NCBI RefSeq assembly: GCF_001949145.1
Contig: NW_019091356.1
Location: forward strand, 3,454,934-3,518,933
DNA from: Acanthaster planci
Lineage: Eukaryota
Direction of reading: 5' to 3'
DNA: 64,000 nt
Of the stretch, positions 24,278 through 38,300 are shown in pieces. The notes beneath the pieces were generated by a model. The model searched no databases. It was not told where the DNA came from and saw only the letters and a program-made list of their open reading frames with translations. Positions within the stretch are counted from its first letter, which is position 1. Each line of letters opens with the position of its first letter. The translations under genes and the position numbers were made by a program.

Positions 24278-24943
24278 TTAAGTTTCGACCAATCAGATTA
24301 GCCATCATCTCGACAAAGACCAACTTTCTTGGGGGACGGTATGTATACTTCGGTTCCAACGGACTCGTCCCTAGCCGCTCAGGGACTCTCTGGCGTGCCG
24401 TCCGACGCGCCATGCGTCGAGGACGAGGGCGCCCTCGCCTTCGTCGGAGGGCGCAGCGTCACAGTATGAGCAGACAAAGTGTACAAAATTCGCCCAGCAA
24501 AGTTGTATCGGATTTAAAACCAAGATGTAAAAATTTGTTAAATCATTCTCAGTAATGTTTGTATTCATATTATTAAGTACCTGTAATTAAAATCTGGTGT
24601 TTGGATGAATGAATGAGACTCTTTTTCAACCAGTGCGTTATTATCTATTTCGTTGACGGCCAGCCATGCTTCCACCTGACATGGTTTACACGTGACGCGA
24701 ACAGATTTCTCGCACCGTGATTTGGCGTACGCAACAAAAAGAATAATTGTAGGGCTTGCCTTGGACCTGTAATCGTAGTTGGTTGGTAGAACACAAATTG
24801 GTACGTATCGTCTCCGTTGGGAGTGCGTCAGGTCAATTAAGGGAGCGTCCTGGGCGGGCGATTGAGCAGATTTGAGCAATTGGTGCGTGGCGCTCACTGA
24901 TCTCTATTAATAATACACTTACAGTTTAATAGAGGGTGCGTTC

Positions 24944-25203
24944 NNNNNNNNNNNNNNNNNNNNNNNNNNNNNNNNNNNNNNNNNNNNNNNNNNNNNNNNN
25001 NNNNNNNNNNNNNNNNNNNNNNNNNNNNNNNNNNNNNNNNNNNNNNNNNNNNNNNNNNNNNNNNNNNNNNNNNNNNNNNNNNNNNNNNNNNNNNNNNNNN
25101 NNNNNNNNNNNNNNNNNNNNNNNNNNNNNNNNNNNNNNNNNNNNNNNNNNNNNNNNNNNNNNNNNNNNNNNNNNNNNNNNNNNNNNNNNNNNNNNNNNNN
25201 NNN
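24944..25203. other. Assembly gap (260 N)
   Basis: Run of N. Confidence 1.
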
Positions 25204-25233
25204 ACTGATCAGTGGTGGCGCCTCTGACCGGAT

Positions 25234-25428
25234 CCCTAGACTGGGGGCCAGTCTACTGGATTCCCTGCGGCCACTAGATTGTTTTTGTTTAAATAAAAAT
25301 GCGAAGGATAAGATTGAAATCACAGCAGTTTTTTTTCAATTCCTTTATTTCTAAGGATTTTCTTACTTTATATCACAGGAAAGGTGTTCCTGGAGGGAGT
25401 CCAGTAGACTGTCCCCCAGTCTGGGGCT
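25234..25428. mobile_element. MITE-like element with about 32-bp imperfect TIRs
   Basis: CCTAGACTGGGGGCCAGTCTACTGGATTCCCT versus AGGGAGTCCAGTAGACTGTCCCCCAGTCTGGGG in inverted orientation. Confidence 0.55.
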
Positions 25429-25439
25429 ACTCTGTCAAC

Positions 25440-26590
25440 GTCTCCATCCTCTCCTTGAATATCGACACGTGTACTGACGTAATCCTCGATTACATTAAAT
25501 TTTGTGAGGATGTCTGCATTCCATTGAAGGTGGTGAAGTTGCACCCAAATAACAAACCCTGGTTTGGCCACTCGCTGCGTCACCTACTAAAGATGAAAAC
25601 GGCGGCATTTAAGTCTGGTGACCCCCAAGAGTACAAAAAAGCCAAGGACAACTTTTATCGGCGGATTAAAGTAGCCAAACGTTCATACAAAGGAAAACTG
25701 GAGAACAGACTGTCGGGTACAAATGGAAGCAGAGAACTTTGGGAGAGTGTCAGGGCTGTCATCCCATACAAGTCCAAATCTACTTCAGTCAACTTGGACA
25801 ATGTCAATCTTCCTGACGAACTCAACAAAATTTATAGCCGGTTCGAGCAGGAAAATGACATACACCCTCTCAGAAATGTTGGTCCTCCCCTATTTGTAAT
25901 CGCGTAGGTGGACACTTGTTGTGTTTTTCACGGTTGAATGCAAGGAAAGCTTCAGGTTCCGATGGAATTTAATCTCGTTTACTGAAATCATGTTCTGGTG
26001 AACTTTCTTTTATATTTACATCAATTTTTAATTGGTTTTTAACATTGTGTAAAATTCCACAGGTTTTAAAAAATCAATTATAGTTCCAGTACCGAAAAAC
26101 TCCTATAACAGCTTCAACGATTATCGGCCAGTGGCACTCACATCACAAGTCATGAAATCACTAGAGCGTATTGTTTTGGATTATTTTAAGTTTGCCATTT
26201 CAAAGTCACTGGGTCCTTTACAATTTGCATACCGTGCCAATCATACTGCATTATGTGTTCCAACATTTAGACAGTAGATCATCAACATATGCCAGACTTT
26301 TGTTTATTGATTTCAGTTTTTGCATTTAATACAATATTACCATCCAAATTATACAATAAGCTCAATGAATTCGGTTTGAACTCATCACATTGTAGCTGGA
26401 TTTACGATTTTCTTATACCGATCGCAGTCAAGTTGTTAGAGTGAATTCTTTAATCTCAAACTCAATTGTTACGAATACCGGCGCTCCCCAAGAGTGTGTG
26501 CTATCACCATTGCTATATTCATTGTACACTTATGATTGCTTTTCTTCATTTGATGCCTGTAAAATTGTCAATTATTCGTAGACGACACAC
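25440..26590 (+). mobile_element. Decayed non-LTR retrotransposon (LINE; CR1/L2/Rex1-Babar-like) ORF2 reverse transcriptase fragment
   Basis: DYIKFCEDVCIP..HPNNKPWF, RKASGSDG, VPVPK, NDYRPVALTSQVMKSLER, PLQFAYR, FIDFS..FNTI, GAPQECVLSPLLYSLYT and a (F/Y)xDD-like remnant near 26575. Multiple stops and frameshifts; truncated at both ends. Confidence 0.9.
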
Positions 26591-27294
26591 AAAAACACAA
26601 CTTGAAACAAGAGATTGACTGTAGGGCATCGGTCTTCGTGTCGCTAATCTTTTTATTTATTTTAGTTTCTCAATTATATTTTTTGAATAGCCTAAATTGG
26701 CCATCATCAATTGGGGCACGCTTGCCCAAAACCTTGCCACGCTTGGCATCATGTGGGCCCAAAACCATGGCACGCTCGTCAACCAGAAAACTAGCCCCAT
26801 CAGGCCGGATCGGGCAATCATGCCCAGTATTTCGGGTAAGCATGCCCTGAGTTCTTGATTTGGGCAGGCGTGCCCATTTCGGCAAGCTGCCGAAGTTCTG
26901 GTATGTATACACATAATGAATACAAAGGAAATAAAACAGCGGCCATAAATCTATGTCCAAAAGTCAAATATTGTTTGCTGTTTGACCATCTTATTTTTTG
27001 TGCATGTTATTGCCCATTCGGGCGATGCCCGGCCACCTTAAATGTATCCCCCCCCCCCCCCCGCTTGGCCTGTTACAATATACACAGTCGGGATATTAGG
27101 AATTAATGTTGGCAAAAAATGACAAAATTAAGACTCGGGGAGAGATCAAGTTTTTCCTTTATCAATTCAAATGCAAGGTTTCTAGGTTGATTAAATTTTG
27201 GCAAAAAATGACAGCATTCAAATTACAGGATAATTTAGTTTTCCATTTTCGATTCAAATAAAGGTTTAACCTGTGCAATATTTTTAATTCAATA

Positions 27295-29730
27295 TTCAAT
27301 TTGGGGAAAAAATGACAAAACTGAGATTTGTGACAAATTTGAATTTTTGGCCATTTTTAGTCAAAATGCTAGGCTTACCCCTTGCAGATTTATTCAATTT
27401 GGGGAAAAAATGACAAAACTGGGATTTGGGGGAAATTTGCGTTTTGGGCCACTCTTAGTCAAAATGCAAGGCTTAACCCTTGCAGATTTAATCAATTTTG
27501 GGAAAAAATGACAAAACTGAGATTTGGGGGAAATTTGAATTTTGGGCCATTTTCAGTCAAAATGCAAGGCTTACCCCTTGCAGATTTATTCAATATGGGA
27601 AAAAATGACAAAACTGAGATTTGTGGCAAATTTGAATTTTGGGCCATTTTCAGTCAAAATGCAAGGCTTACCCCTTGCAGTTTTATTCAATTTTGGGAAA
27701 AAATGACAAAACTGAGATTTGTGGCAAACTTGAATTTTGGTCCATTTTCAGTCAAAATGCAAGGCTTACCCCTTGCAGATTTATTGAATTTTGGGAAAAA
27801 ATGACAAAACTGAGATTTGTGGCAAATTTGAATTTTGGTCCATTTTCAGTCAAAGTGCAAGGCTTACCCCTTGCAGATTTATTCATATTTGGAAAAAAAT
27901 GACAAAACTGAGATTTGTGGCAAATTTGAATTTTGGGCCATTTTCAGTCAAAATGCAAGGCTTACCCCTTGCAGATTTATTCATATTTGGAAAAAAATGA
28001 CAAAACTGAGATTTGTGGCAAATTTGAATTTTGGGCCATTTTCAGTCAAAATGCAAGGCTTACCCCTTGCAGATTTATTGAATTTTGGGAAAAAATGACA
28101 AAACTGGGATTTGGGGGAAATATGAATTTTGGTCCATTTTCAGTCAAAATGCAAGGCTTACCCCTTGCAGATTTATTCAATTTTGGGAAAAAATGACAAA
28201 ACTGAGATTTGTGGCAAATTTGAATTTTGGGCCATTTTTAGTCAAAATGCAAGGCTTACCCCTTGCAGATTTATTCAATTTTGGGAAAAAATGACAAAAA
28301 CTGGGATTTGGGGGAATTTGAATTTTGGGCCATTTTCAGTCAAAATGCAAGGCTTACCCCTTGCAGATTTATTCAATTTTGGGAAAAAATGACAAAAACT
28401 GGGATTTGGGGGAAATTTGAATTTTGGTCCATTTTCAGTCAAAATGCAAGGCTTACCCCTTGCAGATTTATTCATATTTGGGAAAAAATGACAAAACTGA
28501 GATTCGGGGGAAATATGAATTTTGGGCCATTTTCAGTCAAAATGCAAGGCTTACCCCTTGCAGATTTATTCAATTTTGGGAAAAAATGAAAAAACTGGGA
28601 TTTGGGGGAAATTTGCATTTTGGGCTATTTTTAGCCAAAATGCAAGGCTTACCCCTTGCAGATTTATTCAATTTGGGAAAAATGACAAAACTCAGATTTG
28701 TGGCAAATTTGAATTTTGGGCCATTTTCAGTCAAAATGCAAGGCTTACCCCTTGCAGATTTATTCAATTTGGGGAAAAAATGACAAAACTGAGATTTGTG
28801 GCAAACTTGAATTTTGGTCCATTTTCAGTCAAAATGCAAGGCTTACCCCTTGCAGATTTATTGAATTTTGGGAAAAAATGAAAAAACTGAGATTTGGGGG
28901 AAATATGAATTTTGGGCCATTTTCAGTCAAACTGCAAGGCTTACCCCTTGCAGATTTATTCAATTTGGGAAAAATGACAAAACTCAGATTTGTGGCAAAT
29001 TTGAATTTTGGGCCATTTTCAGTCAAAATGCAAGGCTTACCCCTTGCAGTTTTATTGAATTTTGGGAAAAATGACAAAACTGGGATTTGGGGGAAATTTG
29101 AATTTTGGGCCATTTTCAGTCAAAATGCAAGGCTTAACCCTTGCAGATTTAATCAATTTGGGGAAAAAATGACAAAACTGAGATTTGGGGGAAATATGAA
29201 TTTTGGGCCATTTTCAGTCAAAATGCAAGGCTTACCCCTTGCAGATTTATTCAATTTTGGGAAAAAATGAAAAAACTGGGATTTGGGGAAAATTTGCATT
29301 TTGGGCTATTTTTAGCCAAAATGCAAGGCTTACCCCTTGCAGATTTATTCAATTGTGGGAAAAAATGACAAAACTGGGATTTGGGGGAATTTGAATTTTG
29401 GGCCATTTTCAGTCAAAATGCAAGGCTTACCCCTTGCAGATTTATTCAATTTTGGGAAAAAATGACAAAACTGAGATTTGTGGCAAATTTGAATTTTGGG
29501 CCATTTTCAGTCAAAATGCAAGGCTTACCCCTTGCAGATTTATTCAATTTGGGGAAAAAATGACAAAAACTGAGATTTGGGGGAATTTGAATTTTGGTCC
29601 ATTTTCAGTCAAAATGCAAGGCTTACCCCTTGCAGATTTATTGAATTTGGGGGAAAAATGACAAAACTGAGATTTGGGGGAAATTTGAATTTTGGGCCAT
29701 TTTAGTCAAAATTAAAGCTTACCCCTTGAA
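27295..29730. repeat. 98-bp tandem satellite/minisatellite, about 25 copies, with degenerate copies from about 27105
   Basis: Consensus ATTCAATTTTGGGAAAAAATGACAAAACTGAGATTTGTGGCAAATTTGAATTTTGGGCCATTTTCAGTCAAAATGCAAGGCTTACCCCTTGCAGATTT repeated head to tail. Confidence 0.97.
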
Positions 29731-29971
29731 ATTTATGCAAGTTTGGTATTACTAAGTCCTATTTTCAGTAAAAATTTGAAGTTCTTCAGGACCAAATGTA
29801 AGTAGTTTTTTAAAAGCTGTGGTTTTGCTGTTTAAAAATTAACTAGAATGTAGCTTTACTTTGAAGTTATATTTAAAGATGTACAGAAGGGAAATACATG
29901 TACATGGATAAAATGTTAACTATTAGGACAAACACTGGCAAAAACGATCTCGTCTAAATGAAAGAATAGTC

Positions 29972-29977
29972 TTTATT
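29972..29977 (-). terminator. Candidate polyadenylation signal of the integrin gene (about 2.4-kb 3' UTR)
   Basis: TTTATT on +; further copies near 30080. Confidence 0.4.
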
Positions 29978-32393
29978 TTCCTGTTATTTCGCTTTTGTTT
30001 TTAATCTATAATAAACCTGATCATTTGCAATAACTTTAGTATAAAAAGTTTCTTGGAAAGACATTTACAATGGATTGCATTTATTTATTTTTACGCTTAC
30101 AAAAATGTAACATTTCTCTACCAAAATACTCAGTTGTAAGATTAGCATTTTTCCTAATTCACAATTCTGAATTACAGCTAATAAATGTACAATGCACTTG
30201 GTTCTTGAGGTTCTTTGCTATTCAGGTATTTCAAACCAATGAGCGATAACAATTCCAGCAATTATTTAACCAGACAAGTTTTTTTTCAGAGAAAGGAGGG
30301 ACGTTCCTTATGACTCCCAGCTTCATCACCTGCCATATACCGGGGCTACCCACTAAAAAAAAAAAAAAAAGCCTGCAACTTTGAACAGTGAATGCTGGGG
30401 GAAACACTTGTACAGCTCCCCTTCGTTTCTTGGATGTGACAGTCTGCAGGAGAATTCAGTATGAACAGAGACTGGATACCAGACAGTCACAGTCTCCTGG
30501 AAGAAGATTTCTTGTCTCTCTCAGCTTCCAAGTATCAGCCTGACATTTTCTTCTTTTATGTTTTCACAACCCCGTTTTTCGACATGTCATGACTCACATG
30601 TGTCGTGCAGCTTAATAACTACAAATGGTACAAACTTCAACCTTTGAATAGAAGCCCTGATAAATGAAATGACCTGATTAGAGCTTGAAATATACATTGC
30701 CACGAAACAAAAAAAATGAGCTAAGTGAAAACAGTATATGCGACTACTCGGGAATATAACAATTGTTTTGAATATTAATAGAAATCACAACTTATTAATA
30801 ACTACCCACAAATGCACACCATGAAATGCGAGTTACAATTAGAAGTACTTACAAAAACAAAACACACTCCAAAATGTTGAGTACAAACATATGAGCACAT
30901 TTCTGGTCTATCAGCACGTCTCCTACAACAAATTCATACTCTGTCATTTTGAGTCAACAAGCCAAAAAAATAGGACTGCTAGATCTGCAAACAAGCATTG
31001 GCGCTCCTCTGGCCAGACATGCCTGCGTGTGCACGCTGCAGATGGTTTTGGCCATTGTGCTCGTAGGCAATGTTTATGATTGCAGTGGTAAAGGCAATTT
31101 TCACGATTTGACAAATGGAATGTTCCATTCCATGCTTAAAGTCCGGTGGAATGGAACTGTCTACACTGAAAGAGGAACACCATGAAATAAAGCAAAAAAT
31201 CTGCGTTGGGAAAGCTTTCTAATTTGCATGGGGAGTAAGGGAGTTAGCCTTCTAGTTACCACAGCTCTACGGATCATACCCAGCTATTTTGTCAGAATAC
31301 GGCATAACCCCCCCCCCAAAAAAAACTGTAAATGCAGTTCTATTCAGAAATGAAGCAATTTTTTACATCCAAACAATAAAACACCTGGCTAAAAATGAAC
31401 CTTTGAAAGTGAAATAACAGTGAGCATTTAAGAGAAATTGAGAACAAATATCTAATGTGTGCTAACTTCACACATACAAAACTGCTGGTATACAAAATAT
31501 AACAAACGTTTCTCCCGTCATTTTCACTCATCTCTCACCCCATTTGTCACGCAGTTCGTCACACGGTATCTCTCTCTCTCTCTCTCACCCACACTCACAC
31601 TAACATAAGTTTTCCCCTCCTAAAGCTAGCTCGCACACTTTTGGAACTGAATACAATGGGCAAAATCTTTACAGCACTTTTTGAGGCCAAGAGTTAGGCA
31701 AAGTGCTCAAAGCTAACCAAAAACCGCTCTCTTAGAAACCTCAACACCATGTTCCCAAAGGAATTCTGCAGTACTGACAAGGAAGTAAAACCGTGCAAGT
31801 GGAAGACCCTTTTTTTTTCCGTAAAGGCAAATTACATTAAAAGACGGATTTTGAAAACTTCTGACAAACACGAACGGCAAATGTGACACAGACTAGAACA
31901 GCGAAAAGTACAAAATTCACAAGGATGCCGTAAAACTCAGAGGTCACCCAAAGTTATCACTGTTTGCACGGAAGTGAAGCTGCGAGCCTGAAAAGTAGGC
32001 ACTGCCAGTGTTGTCTGATGGCTTATGGCTCTTTGCCACATCATACCAATATCATACAAGTTAAAGCCACAGACACAAAAGACCCTGTTGGACACGGCTC
32101 AACTTTAGACGGTATATCAAAGAACCGTCAAGATGTTTTGCACATCAAAAACTGTCCTCTACAAACACAAACAGTATTTCCTTCAGGCTAAAAAGAACTG
32201 TTCACTCACAGGGTCACAAAAGAAAGAAAGAAAGAAAAACAAGCTAACTGCACCCAATGTCAGAATTTGGAAAAAGCTTTTTGAGACAACTTACATAAGG
32301 CATGCGTGAAAATGTGTACTTTTTTGGTTTTATAAATGCATCAAAATTCAGAAAATAGAGTTGTCTAAGCCCTTCCTAGTCCACTCAGCCTCA

Positions 32394-35300
32394 TCATAAA
32401 TCAGCTCTCTTCTCGTCACTGTCCACTGGGCTGTACTTTTTCCTTTTGAAGAAGCCGCACTAGAGAAGAAATTGAAAGGAACGTCACAGCGTGCTGTTTG
32501 TATTAAACTGAACATCATGGTACATCGCTTGTTTTAAAACGTCCGTTGAGCTTTGCGTTGTTGCAGAGGAAATGCTGGAGTCCACACGTCCAACTGTTGA
32601 CAGCATTTCCTGACCTACCCATAATGCAGCCAACTTACCTTCCAGAGAATCAGGATGACCAGCAATAGGAGCAGGAGGCCCCCTAGCACCGCGAGAATGA
32701 TTATCCAGCTGGGAACCCTCTTCACGACCGGCTCATCTGGGCTCGCTATGGTGGAGACCTGAATGCAACAGAAAACCCCAGAAATTTGCTGAAGCTCAGA
32801 GCGGCATCGCTTGTGATGCAGGGCACCAGTCAAAACGTGCACGGATGCCCAATGCCTGTGGCTGGCATACAAGTACTTTTTACAGAGTGCGTTATGTTCT
32901 GCTTTGATGCCAAACTGTTGCTGTATGGGCTTGCTTTCAGTAACTGACGGGTTGTGTCCAAATTATGGCTATGGCTGGAAATAACACTGCCACCTACAGG
33001 AGAGCCACCGGCTGGTGGCTGACTCCATTTCCCATAGACTTGTACATTATCACGAGCCGTAGCCGGCTAAGGATTCTTCTGACTGACAACACCATTACTA
33101 CTTCAAATGTCAAGGCAAGATCCCTCTATCAAATGCCCCTCCCCTTCTCATGTCGTCCCCGAGAGTCTCTCTGATGACAAGCGGAGCTAACAGACCAACA
33201 GTCCTACCTCCATCATGACTTGGGGGAGCTCTGGTGGGGGTATGGCATAGGGAAGGTCCAGCACTCTGGCAACACCACGGGAGGAAATCTCAAACCGGTC
33301 ATAGTCCGTCTGAGAGGGTTACAAGGGGGGAACGGCAAGTCAACAAAATGGCGGTGAAGAAGTTTGGAGCAAGACCGAGAAAAACTCACGACTGCAATAT
33401 CTGGAAACATCCCGACTGCAACGTGTGTTCTTGGTCACCGTGACATCTATTGGCAGAGGTTTACCAGACCCTGCATTTGTCTCAGACTGTGGCTTTACGG
33501 ATCTAGAAATCAACCAATGCAAGCCTTGGTTCCAACCAAACTGGCGGGAGAACTCAAGCAAATGTTGCCAAGACAGAGACCTGGATATGTGTCAAGTCGA
33601 TGGCCCCCCTTCATTGGAGAGGGGGGGGCTTGAAAGCTACATCCAGCCGTGGCCGGCAGAGGCAGCTGGAGCCCAGGCTCAGTGCAACCGACGACGCATT
33701 ACAGAGACCTCCAAGACTCACCTCGATCAGGGTGTTGTTCCACAGCCGGGCCACAAACTTGATGACCTCGCTCTCCCCGCTCTTCAGCTCCTGGATGGAG
33801 CAGCTGATGGACAGGCAGTTGCCCGTGGAGCAGTCCGCCTTACCTATTTGCTGCTCCGGCTGCTCTGCCTGGCGTCGCTTCCGGTCTGCCTCCACGTCAC
33901 GGGTGCTGCTCACACTCTCGTTACCACCAGCTTGGGTGTCTTCTTCGATCTGAATTCATTTGGGGGGAAAAGGAGGACTACATGCTTTTTTTCAGGGAAG
34001 CCTGGGTCCAATTTTTCAATTACCTTCAAGCACAACTGCTGAGAGTGGAACAAGCCCCAAATACCAACCCCAGTTTTTAAAAATGCTTTCAAAGATGCAC
34101 ACTGCTTTACCTTCCTGGTTCTTGCTATTAAAACACATCAATGTGGTAAGCGATATTCTGCATGGTGGTTCTATGAACTAGGGTCCAACTAGCACTCATT
34201 CTTAAAGCTCAGTTTTGCTTCAGGTTTCAGTTCCATACAACACAACAGGCTATGGATCTTTGTGGGCTTAAACACTTTCTGTAGCACATTTTACATAACG
34301 CCCTATCTGTTAACGAACCAATATTTAACGCCTCTTTTTTCCAGCCAAACTGATGACGACACGTTTTGGGAGTCCCGGGTGAAGCTGAAAGAGGAAATGA
34401 CAGCCAGGTTTCGGAAACAAACAACCGAAACTGAGGCTTACCGTGAGGTTCAGCGGGTTGACGGCCCCCTGGACATTGCAGCGACTGCCCAAGCTGGGCT
34501 CCACCCGGATCAGATACAGCAAGAAGTCGCCGTCCTCGTCCCGCATCGGCCAGGAGACATCGAAGGAAGTCCGGCCGGCATTGCTGGGTCCTGCGTTGCT
34601 TACCTGAGGATGAGTACAAGCCGTAAATCCTGTAGATTTGTGGGCATCAGGAAAACTTAGGGACTGTGTCTAAATGGTAGAACGGCCAAAACAAAATGCT
34701 TGAAAAACATTACTGCCGCGCACCTCATAGACGTGAACGACGAGAGGACCTGCTTCGCTATCCTTGATGATCTCGGGATTGTCGATGCCGTCGGGCGTGA
34801 AGGCCACCTGCGCTGGTATGGAGCGCCTGAAATCATTGATGGAATCAATAAATGAGCTGGTAATCCAGAACGGATGAAAAAAAAAAGAGCAAACTGTACT
34901 TAAGTCATGACAAAATGTCAGAATTTCATTTCCTCATCGTTAAAAAAATGCAGGAACCCCCGATGTAGGATCTCCTCGGCCAGCAGCCCTCCCTCCCCGG
35001 ACATTAAATCCTGTGACTGTAGTAGAGTACCTTGCTGAGGGACACGGCTTGACTAGTCCCAAACACCCAACAAACTTTTGTCAGTAAAATCTGTTTTTCT
35101 TTGAGTCCACGCGTTCCAACCTCCGCCACAAAACCTTCCGTCAGACACTGTTACAATTCTATTTGATTCGAAATGACCAGACTAACTTACCCCAGTAGCA
35201 CCACATCTACTTTTGCTTTGACTCCCACCGTGATGTTCAGGTAGTTGTTGATCAACTTATCTGGGGATGCCTCCAAGTTTTCACTGAACACAAAACATGC

Positions 35301-38300
35301 AGAAACGTTGTGAAATGGACGGCAGCCACAAAGGAAGGCCTAACGTTAGTTTTTTTCACGTTACGTTGCCACAAGCAATCGAAGCGAACATGACCAGTGG
35401 ACAAAAACGGGCTCCTTTCAATCTGCACCTCGTACCTAAGTTGAGATTTTTTTTTTGGCACAACAGTGGGGTTCAATGTGAGACGATGGTCCCCCTTACC
35501 TCATGGCCGACAGAGCAAACGTGACGGATGACGTGTCCCCGATCAGTTGGAAGCTGGAGAACTTGAGACCAAAATCGGCCTGCAAGATGCAACAAAATGG
35601 AGATATCTGAGGCTACTCAACTCACAAATCTACAAATCAATGGGGTTTTGACGAGCAGGCTAGTGCATTAACCAGTGATGACGTCGATGGCATTGTCTGC
35701 GAACATGCAAGGTCGTGACCACAATATATTGAGGTCTCAAAAAGTAAAACTCGGATTCAGTCATATCTTGGCATTCGGACGAAGTAAATTAAGGGTGAAT
35801 TGTGGGTTCATGACGGAACGGGGAAACCTTCCCACTGAACCACGTCTCCCCGGGATGACATCACAGCTACGCTGCCCTCGGCGGTCCAGGAAAAGCAAGG
35901 CTAATTTTAAACGTTTAAAATGTGCATTTTTTTCGATGCATCTACCCTAAGCTTCCAGGATTCCTACTCACCTTGGTCCCACCGATGAGTGGGTTACCAA
36001 CATCGCAGATGATGGTATCCACTTCTGTATCATCGCTGCAAGTGATCGAAAAATCCTGCGCCACAAAAAAAAGGGTTTTTCCCATGGGAAGATATGATTA
36101 ATTATATCTAAGATGTATGTTGGAACGATGTTTAGATGTAATCACCAAGCCAAGCGGTTAAGAACGCAACATTTCGCTACTCTTCTAAAAAAAACATACG
36201 AATGAGAATGAAAAGCAAAAACCATATACTTAAATTGAAAAACAATTCAGATTTGATTGGTTGGCCGACTCACGCTTTCCTTTCGTTGGACGCGCACAAA
36301 CTGCAACCCTGTCGGCACGACGACCCTCAAGGTTGCTAGGAAGGCATCCTCTCCCCGGTTCAGTATTTCGATGTCCAGGATGATGGAGTCGCTACTGCCA
36401 ATCACCAAATCACTGGTAGACCTGCATGTACATTATTGGGGGAAATAAAAATGGTAACCACCCAACTGTTAGGGAGAAACAAAAAAAAATCGTGAAAAAC
36501 CCGGCTGGCTGGCTTGCCCCGAGCTGAAAAGTCTCATTTCGTAACGCTGAGAAATTGTGGTTGGTCTGGTTCACATTTTACTCACGTGGATGCTTTCACG
36601 TCCAAGTCGGGGACACAAATGTTGTCCTCGCAGTTGTTGTTGATGTACACCTGAAAAGACGCCCAAGAAAAGTTAGGACGCGAGTATTCAATTCACTTGG
36701 AGAGCGGGAAAAGAAGGACCTTTGGAAATTATCAACCTTGCTATTATACACGTCGACAAACAGAAAAATGCCCTCCTGACACACAAACCAAACATGTACT
36801 TCAAAAGTCTGGGAATGCATTTCAAAGAATCTAATTGGATCAGGGGCGCGAGTGGCCACTGAAATGCAAAAAGTTCCCATACTTTTGTACAGACCAGGTG
36901 TACAAAAAAGCTGAAATTCAGGGTCAACATCTAAACCCCCAAAAAGCTAAAATCAGCTAAAAAGCTGCACTCTCACACCCCTGTTGGATGGAAACTAGAA
37001 TGAAAAATTATTTTGACAGTACAGACACGGGCGTGGATGAGAAACTAAATATGACAGTTTACTGGGCCTCAGCCCTGGGCGATTTCAGGACCCAGTCAGT
37101 GTTCAACTCTTGGAACAGTTCCCATCCAAGAACCGGGATCCAATCGGGACAGTTTCCTCTCTGTACCTGCTCCATGGTGACAGAGGAGGATTCCGCACTC
37201 AGGAAAGGCTGCAGCTCGTAGGGAGCGAAGACGGCATCCTCGTCGTTCAAGCTGTACTCCAGGTTGATAGAGATTGGACGAAGTTTATCCCTGATGCCCG
37301 CCTAGGTCAGAAAAAGAATATCAAACACATTTAAAAAAAAAAAAAAATTTCACACAGAAACCTTTTGACGTCAACCCTCCCCAAAATAGGTTTACTGAAG
37401 TTGTGGTACAATCGAACTTGGAGTGAAAAAAATGTGTAGCTTTCATTATCACAGTTGTTTTCTCATTACTTGTGGTAACATATCTTGCTTATGGACACAC
37501 ATGCAAGCGGGAACTGTACCTTGACATATGCTAGGTTTTCTCGGCACCATTCGGTGTTCTTGGTCAGCTCCATTTTGGTGATGTCCTGGTTGGTTCCCGG
37601 GGCTGAGCCATCAGCAAAGAGCGCCCTCGGGTTGACCATCTTCAAGGAGTCCAGGGACAGCTTGTACTGTATTTCTGCGACAGGCCGACAACACAGCAAA
37701 CAAAATCAAAACAAACAAAATCTCACAGCCAGGGCCAAAGTGGGAAGCAGTTGAGGAGAAAGACGGCTGAGGACAAACCCTGACCACAATCGAAATCTCG
37801 GTTCATCTTTTGGAGTAACCCAGCACACCCTGGTTGCCGTTACCGGGCCAGCCTGGCAGCGCTGCGGTTTCAGGGAGGAGCCAAACTTCGTCAGCAAATT
37901 CTCTGCAGCTTTGGCTCCCTACAGGCAATCAAGCCTTGTGCGCCGGGAAAAAAAAATGGCCACACTACGAATTCCTCAATCTTGACAAAAATCTCCAAAA
38001 AAAACCCCCCTGGTGAATTCTGAAGAGTCTCGGAGGATTTGAGGCATGATGTCGAATGGAATGGAACTACTCACGTGCAGTGTCTGGAATGTGTTTGCCT
38101 TTGTACGTTAAACAGGATGTAATCTCAAAACTGCAAAGAAGGTAACAACGAAAAGAGAAAAGATTGAATGTGATGAAACTGAATACTAGTGATTTGATTT
38201 ATGTATTATATTTCTCGATTGTCATCAGATTTTTTTTCTAATAATGACCTTGTTGCTAGACTCCCATCAGGCAGTAAGTGAGTCTTGTTCTCCAAGTTGA

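Noticed and set aside
24919..25323. ORFs full of X
   Set aside because: Artefacts of the N gap.
27382..29661. Many overlapping repetitive ORFs (MGKNDKTEICGKFEFW...), and a possible CRISPR-like array
   Set aside because: These are translations of a 98-bp satellite whose unit is not a multiple of 3. There are no unique spacers and the context is eukaryotic.
33425..34042. 205-aa plus-strand ORF (similarly 22904-23622 and 19061-19675)
   Set aside because: Antisense shadows of GC-rich minus-strand exons.
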